Assembly (NCBI GenBank): GCA_030265395.1
Contig: JARFYF010000058.1
Location: 19,365,592-19,429,591 of the forward strand
DNA length: 64,000 nucleotides
Direction of reading: 5' to 3'
Source: Rhina ancylostomus
Lineage: Eukaryota
The notes below the pieces were generated by a model. The model ran no database searches, was not told the origin of the DNA, and saw only the letters and a list, made by a program, of their open reading frames with translations. Both the position numbers and the translations under genes were made by a program. This document shows positions 1 to 64,000 of the stretch, one piece after another; the first letter of the stretch is position 1, and each line of letters begins with the position of its first letter.

Positions 1-3000
1 GTCAATTTTGCATCAGCTAGTTTTTCAGGGGCAAAAAGGGTTTTTTTTAAAAAATATATATGAACTTTATATTGCAGCCTCCCCCCTTGGTGCTGGTATC
101 AAATACTGTTCATATATTCCCAGCTTTTCTACTGGGGAGCTGACTAAGTAAAAGATGGATCTCTTCAGAGCGACATTCACACTTTTAGCCTTTCCCAAGA
201 GCCTCAAGTTTTTCAGGCCTCATGCTGGAATGACTACTCAGTTAATGTATTAGTCAATCTCTAAATACCTTTATTAAAATGCCAGCCATATTAGTGTTTT
301 GCTATTCTAGGCTTTTTCAACAAATATTTTAAAACAAAACATAGCATTTAACAGGCACATTTACTGAACATCTTTTTAACATGATAACATGCCCAAGGCA
401 CGTCACAGGAAAACAAGACAAAAATTAGGTCTCTCTCTCTCTCTCTATNNNNNNNNNNNNNNNNNNNNNNNNNNNNNNNNNNNNNNNNNNNNNNNNNNNN
501 NNNNNNNNNNNNNNNNNNNNNNNNNNNNNNNNNNNNNNNNNNNNNNNNNNNNNNNNNNNNNNNNNNNNNNNNNNNNNNNNNNNNNNNNNNNNNNNNNNNN
601 NNNNNNNNNNNNNNNNNNNNNNNNNNNNNNNNNNNNNNNNNNNNNNNNNNNNNNNNNNNNNNNNNNNNNNNNNNNNNNNNNNNNNNNNNNNNNNNNNNNN
701 NNNNNNNNNNNNNNNNNNNNNNNNNNNNNNNNNNNNNNNNNNNNNNNNNNNNNNNNNNNNNNNNNNNNNNNNNNNNNNNNNCCATTTTTGGCATTCCCTA
801 TCACCATTAGGCCGCACCCCATCCAATTCATTAAGCTTTTTCTGCATCCAAAACAATATTTAGAGGTGGACCTTGTACTTAAAGGATCTTTGATGCTTCG
901 GTTGAGTTTGAGATCTGGTCTAACTCACCTCTGGCTTTTCCACTCAGAACCAGCTTAATCGAGACCAGCAGCTCACAACATAAAATCAACATACAATTCC
1001 TGTTTTCTGCATGCAATACACAAACTACATGATTAATGCCACCAGGTTATTTCCTGCTAAATTCCTCAAAAGCCTTGAAGAACAGGCAACAGCTCAGCTA
1101 GTTTAAATGCAGCAAAATGAACAAGGTAATTGTATCAACACTTGGAGCATTATCCTTTCTGTGCAAAAACAGCATGGGAAGATATATTTTGTGAAAGCTG
1201 CTACATAAGAGTGAGTACTCTTTCATTAAGCAATACGACAGGAAAGCAAAAGTTTGGATGAATTAGGTACACAAATTCATCCTGTATCAACTAAATCTTC
1301 AGGGGAGTATTCAATTTGTCACATCCACTTTCTGCACACCTGTTTTGGTCTCTTACATTGAGTTCCTGAATCATGACAGCAAGTGCACAAGTTAAGATTA
1401 GCTTTGGCTATTTCTGATTAACTGGAAAAAAAATGACCCAACACTTTCACACAAAGCTGTGACAAAAATGTCATTGCAATTTACAAGCTTTGTTTGAACT
1501 ACAGAATTGAAAGGACAAGATAATGATTTAGCATCATTCAGTACTTTGAAATTGCATATTTATTTAATACAGCAGTGGTTCATCTTCCATCTCTTATTCT
1601 GAACCTTAATGGATGTGAAACCTTCTATGTACTAAACTGATGGGGCAGACTAGCTCCTTTTGGGCAACTCCTGTAACCACTAAAAGTCTCAGATCACCTT
1701 GGCTAATGGAAAGATCACATGATAATCACAGTTGGGAAAGGTTACTTGGAAATCTATCCAGAACGACATTATAGTTCCCTGTTAAAACATCAACTTGCTC
1801 TTAAATGATTTCATTGCTTGCATACTTCACCAAATCCAAGAATTCATTTCATGTGTTAATTGATCTTTACAAATTTACTTTTAAATGGAGAAACAAAGGA
1901 CTGCAGATGCTGGAATCTGCCTGCTGAGTTCCTCCAGCATCAGTGGTTTTCATCTTACTTTTAACTAGTTTGAACCTACTATCTGCCATATTCCACCATC
2001 AATTTAATTTTCTGGATTTATATTTTCCTATCTATTTGCAATCTTGTACACGTCTATAAATCTACTTTTCAGAAGACTCTATTCAATATTAGAATCCCAG
2101 TTTCTCCAGTCCTTCCTCAAAAGTCTTGAGGTTTTTATAATTAAAAATCATAGTCATACAACATGGAAACAGGCCCTTAGGCTCAGTGAGTCCATGCCAG
2201 CTTGTAGATTGTAGTCTTACCAGTTCAAGCAGGGTATGACTTATTCAAAGAAATCAAGGTTGGTGAACCAGTACCTTCTTCTTGTGAACCAATGTTGACT
2301 GGTGCAAATGATCAAATTTAGAACCAATTTTATATGAAATTTATAGCAAGTTAATAGACCAGCATTGACCAAGTAGGGTTCATCACTCCAAACTAATAAT
2401 TTACTGCTATCCCTGCTCCCCAGGAAGTCTACATTGATTGCAATCAACATCTCGTTTTCCTTTTAACTATTTCTTTAAGTGCTCTGGGAAAACTGACATT
2501 TAAACCTTATGATTTATTACTTTTGAACCCTGTTTGCCAATAAATGCTTCTTAATTATATCCATTAATTTTGCAACAAGATGATGCATTACCTAGATTTT
2601 TCCTTTCTTGTAACCTAATAGAATTGAAACTTCTGTATTTTTGTTTTACAGATTTGTTTTTGTTACCTCTTTCAATGCCATTAAAAGTTCTTATAGTTCT
2701 CACTACTTAATTGCTGTTAAAATACTGCAAAATATGAGTAACAAAACTTACATGGTTCATCTCAGCTCTTTATATTATCTGATCACCCTTAACATTTGCC
2801 TGTTTTTAACACAGTATCAATTAGTATTAAGTGTTAATAAACCTGTTTGAGACTGATAAAATATCATGGCTGGACTTCATGCAAATGTAAATGCATATGA
2901 CTCTTTCACTCTACATCATACATCCAAGTCTCAAAAAAAGTTACATCTTTTGAGATTGCATGCAGCAATTCATATTATGGATACCATTTAGCTGTATCCT

Positions 3001-3707
3001 GATCCATAATTACATATTTTATCAACATCTAAAAGTACAAAAGTTCCAATATCCAAAGGGTTTTGTGACTTTACAGCAACTTATTGCAATACCCAGTTCT
3101 GGGACTTTAAACAAATCTTCACTGTGCACAATGAACAAAGGTTAAGTTCACTGAAAGCCAATATCCTCATCTCTCTGGATAACCAATTACATACATTAAC
3201 ACGTGATCCTGTGTGTAATATTTCCATACACAATCCTTTGCTCTTCTGGGATTCAACTACTGTCTGTGCTTTGCTTAATCTGCTCCTTTATCAAACATTT
3301 TTCCATTACTTTTTTTTTCCAATTCTTCTTTTTGATGGTAGTTCATCTCCTAAGCATTGAATCATGTTACTTAATTCATTATCAAAACCTTAGAAAAATT
3401 CACATATTTACTGCCACCTTTGTCCACACTAACTTTTGTCCTTTCTTTTGTTATCAAAACAAAACTTAGGTCATCAAAGCTTAGGTTTCAAGTTATTTCA
3501 TTTATGTGACTTGCAAACTGTTTTAATTTTCAGATTAGTATATGGCAAGTCATTAATGCAGGCATTAAATATTTGAATCAATCTGCTGAAAACCAATAAA
3601 CTTGGCAACCACATCTAACCTACTAATTCTTTGAGATTCACAGGTTATTTTCATACAACATCAAAAAAAATCATTAACAATTGTTGAAAACACACTGTAC
3701 AACATGC

Positions 3708-3713
3708 TTTATT
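3708..3713 (-). promoter_or_regulatory. Candidate distal polyadenylation signal of KAT7
   Basis: AATAAA on the minus strand, with several upstream TGTA motifs and a downstream TG/T-rich tract (tgtgttttc...ttttttttga). Confidence 0.5.
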
Positions 3714-5465
3714 TATAAGCAGGTACAGAAGGCATTACATCACATTTGGTACAACAAGTAATTAAGCAATGTTCCTCAACTCTAACTTTGGCACAGCAAT
3801 GTCAGCTGACTAATTGCGTACCTTGGTTCAATTCTAAAGGGTGAAACAAGTACCCTGCTATTCAGACCAAACAAGGCTCCATTTACAAAGATGCCAAGCT
3901 TTTGTTTAGTGCTAAGTTTAGCGCTAAGTTTAGCTGCCAGTGATATAACTTTTAAGAGTGTTAAGACACCACGTGACAACTGTGCGTACTACAATACCAA
4001 ATACAGCTCCACTCAAAAGTTTATATCTTTAAAAGAGTAAAATGGGCCAGTTTTATAGAACTCTCATGAACCATTCAATACCTTCACCAGCAAAACCAGT
4101 TTTCTCTGCAACAATATTTTTCCAAGATAAAGCTCCACATATATAACATGCATTCCCTCATTTGGATTGAGATTTGTTTTTACTATTTAAACATTTTAAA
4201 TTTGCCTATAATATACATATTCAATTAAGAAATTGTAGAGAAGGATGGAGTGCTTATTAAATCTAACCAGTTGTGTTTACTAAGTCAGGACAATGGTATA
4301 CATTGATACATAGCAGAATTTTATTAACAATAGTCAAACTTTCCATTTTTCATTCCCTCCCACTGATTACGTTAGGATGACCACTCGGATATTACATCAG
4401 TTTTCCAAGGGCTTCATAAGAGTTGAATTGAAAAGCTGAGTTGAATTGAAATGGAAGAGTTGTGTGTTTGAGTTTTGAACATAAAATTATGCCTTATTAA
4501 ATTGTGCTTTTTTTAAAAAAAAGTAATATGGTACAAGGTAAATTTTTGGGGAAGTTATGAAGTACATTCCCCGTCTTGAATACAAGTTTCTACTTAATCA
4601 CCCATCTCATGAAAAATACACAGAGTTTGTCAAGTAGTCTCCATACAAATATGAATGGCATTTACAGTATATCAGTTGAAAATGACTGCCATGCTGATTA
4701 AACTAGTAATAGCTTGTCAGACTGTTTAAAGGATTGAAAATTGCACTTTACCCCCCCCCCCCACCCTCCATTCTGAAAAGGTACCAATTCATGAAACCCA
4801 TTAATTTTTAAAGAGCAATTCAAGCATTTAAAACAGAGGGCAAATTAAGAGCAGTGTTACTTAATATTTTTAAAAAATGAAGTGACGTATCAAACAAACT
4901 CTCTCTCNNNNNNNNNNNNNNNNNNNNNNNNNNNNNNNNNNNNNNNNNNNNNNNNNNNNNNNNNNNNNNNNNNNNNNNNNNNNNNNNNNNNNNNNNNNNN
5001 NNNNNNNATTTTTAAAAAATGAAGTGACATATCAAACAAACTCTCTCTCTCGAAAATCCAAACAGGGATTGCACCACTCTTATTTATTCATTTTTGACAT
5101 ATAAAAATCTTTTACCTTCAGGTTTAAAGCTGAACATTTCAGAGAAAATTTTAAAAACACCAACGTTTAAACAAACAAAAATGACAGTCTGTGATTGTTT
5201 TGATACATTTCAGATTGTACAACTATAAATTTCAAGCCCATTTGTCTCTCCTAACAATACGTGTCAAGCTGCATTGTTGGAAATGCTACCACAAACAACA
5301 AATGGGATAAAAGCACAATTCTCTATTCGCTGGGGTAGTACGCTTTACTATGCCCTCTGCAGGACAAACAGAGGTAAGGCTAAAGATTTGCTATTGGATC
5401 TTCTGCTTTGAGTTCACTAGCTGTTACAATGAGGTGCCTTTTGCTGAGATAGAAACAATGACCAA

Positions 5466-62170
<56,705 letters not shown>

Positions 62171-62271
62171 CCTCCGCCTCCTCCTCCTCTGCCGCCGCCG
62201 CCGCCGCCGCCCGGCCCCGACTCCCGCACTCGGCCGCCACTCGCGCCGTTGACCGTTGTTGTTTTCCCCCA

Positions 62272-62293
62272 ACTTCCGGCACGCAACCGGAAA
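62272..62293. promoter_or_regulatory. Paired ETS/GABP-type motifs near the likely TSS
   Basis: ACTTCCGG (62272-62279, CCGGAAGT on minus) and CCGGAAA (62287-62293), about 100-120 nt upstream of the ATG. Confidence 0.55.
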
Positions 62294-63059
62294 CCAACCG
62301 CCCTGCTCCTCCGGGCGACGCAGATCCAGTGCCCGCTCTCAGCGTTTGGTTCCTGTTTCACGGCCAGGGGATGGAACAAACGGTGTGGAGTCACGTTACT
62401 GTTGCAGACATCCAATTTGCAAATTAAACTGCAGTTTTTTCACTTAGTTTTCCCATACCTTGCAATGCATTATAAAAGCAACAACCTTGAGTCCTGCAGG
62501 GGAGAATGCTGTTCACCTGCTGGTTTTGCTTTTGATCATGAACTCCCAATTCGTACATTATAATCTCACATTATCTCTTATGGACCAGATTAAACATGTG
62601 CCACTTAATAAATTACAGCCATTCATCATAAATAAAATCTATTATGCCAAATGTGCAGGGTACTAGTATCAACTGTGTTTGTTTGAATGAGGTTGCAAAT
62701 CATTTCACAACTGATGACTCATTTCTTTAAAATACCATGTACTGCTATGACTCAGTTTACAGAATCTTTTAATTTTTCACAGTAGTGTACTAATTTGCCC
62801 TCTGGAGACTCCAATAAAACTATATTTTCAGTCTAGCCTTTGAGAGGTTCCTCCATCGCACATACACTCCCTCCCTTTGTTATTTTGGTCAATAGTTTAA
62901 ATACATGCTCTGTAGTTACTAGTTCTGTGATGTGTAATAAGAGAATCAAATGCAATGCAGAATATGAATTGCAATCCATAACTTGGCCCATTTATAATTC
63001 ACAAAGGTCAACTTATTTTTTTATTGTGTTCAGTTAAATCATTTTTACCAGTGTTTTGT

Positions 63060-63640
63060 TGATTGTACTGTTTTTATTCAGTTTCCAATGAAAACAAAGC
63101 ATGTGGGATACATGCCTTCAGTAGCCAGACATAGAATATTAAAACTGAGATTATGGTACAACTTTACAAAACATTGGTTGGGGCACAACTGGAGTACTGT
63201 GCAGTTTCTGGTCACTGCACTTTGGGAAGGAACAGATTGTACTGGAGAGGGTGAAGTACTGGATTGTACTGGAGACTCATCAAAGTGTTGCTTGGGCTGA
63301 AGCATTTCAGTTATGGAGGAAAGATTGGATAGGCAGAGTTTGTTTTCCTGGAGCAGAGGAGGCTGAGAGGGAACCTGATAAAAGGTATACAAAATTGCAA
63401 GGGGCATAGATGGAATGGATAGTAGTGAACTTTTTCTCCCATTGTGGAGGTGTCAAAAACTAGAGGGCATAGGTTTAGGGCAAGGGTTAAGAGGTGACAG
63501 TGGAATTTTTTTCCCCTTCAAAGGGTTGTTGGAATCTGGCATGCACTGCCTGAGCAGGTGGTGGAGGCAGAGACTCTTAAACAAGAAATTAACTTACTTA
63601 GGGATAGAAGGCCACTGCCAAGTTAACTGTATGTAGCATG
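63060..63640 (+). mobile_element. CR1 LINE 3' fragment
   Basis: MVQLYKTLVGAQLEYC, LEQRRLRGNLI..YKI.RGID and TRGHRF motifs across frameshifts. Confidence 0.85.
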
Positions 63641-64000
63641 CTGCTCCAACGACTTAGTATGAATGTCTCCTGCATTGTGGCTTCATCAGTTAGTCACCTT
63701 ATTTTTAGAATTTCCAGGTGCTCCTCCTGGCATAGTCTTTTACATTTGTCATTGATCCAGGATTCGTCCCCTGCTGCAATTATATTGGCAGTACAATGAA
63801 ATGCCAGGCCATATTGTTACCAATAGTTATGAAGTAAAAATCTTGGGTTCTGAACCTACAGCACCCCATAAATACAGATTTGAATGAGAATCTAAATATT
63901 CTGAATTAACACTTGTAAAGCCTCATAGTGTGATGAAACATGCCCTCCAAAATGTGGAGACATCACTTCACCATCACAATGTGATATCACTCCTCCCAAT

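Noticed and set aside
348-958. Long ORFs in the track near the window start and across other N-runs
   Set aside because: They are open only because Ns translate as X; the flanks show no protein similarity.
922-1000. Strong minus-strand donor (AG|GTGAGT) near 927, suggesting an extra exon
   Set aside because: No convincing acceptor or recognisable peptide, and it lies beyond the KAT7 stop and likely poly(A) site.

Overview
Vertebrate genomic DNA from a gapped draft assembly (14 N-runs, many exactly 100 N). The repeat content (HE1/V-SINE-like and SacSINE1/Deu-SINE-like SINEs, CR1 LINEs, a Penelope-like element) points to a cartilaginous fish (shark or ray); this is inference. The window is one gene on the minus strand: KAT7 (HBO1/MYST2 histone acetyltransferase). 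It has 15 coding exons from the ATG at 62170, inside a CpG island, to the TAG at 5466-5468. Every fully visible exon has the length of its human counterpart as I recall it, giving a predicted 611-aa protein. Exon 8 is split by a false gap, and part of exon 10 and the exon 14 donor lie in N-runs. Introns are filled with decayed retroelements. Most notable observations: a non-canonical GC donor on symmetric exon 6; diverged direct duplications straddling exon 6 and exon 12; a Penelope GIY-YIG relic carrying a degenerate hammerhead-ribozyme core, with related fold-back elements; a young TA-flanked pogo/Tigger-type MITE; and a cluster of p53-type half-sites in intron 1. I see no convincing wholly new biological system. 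Repeat boundaries were read by eye and are approximate.
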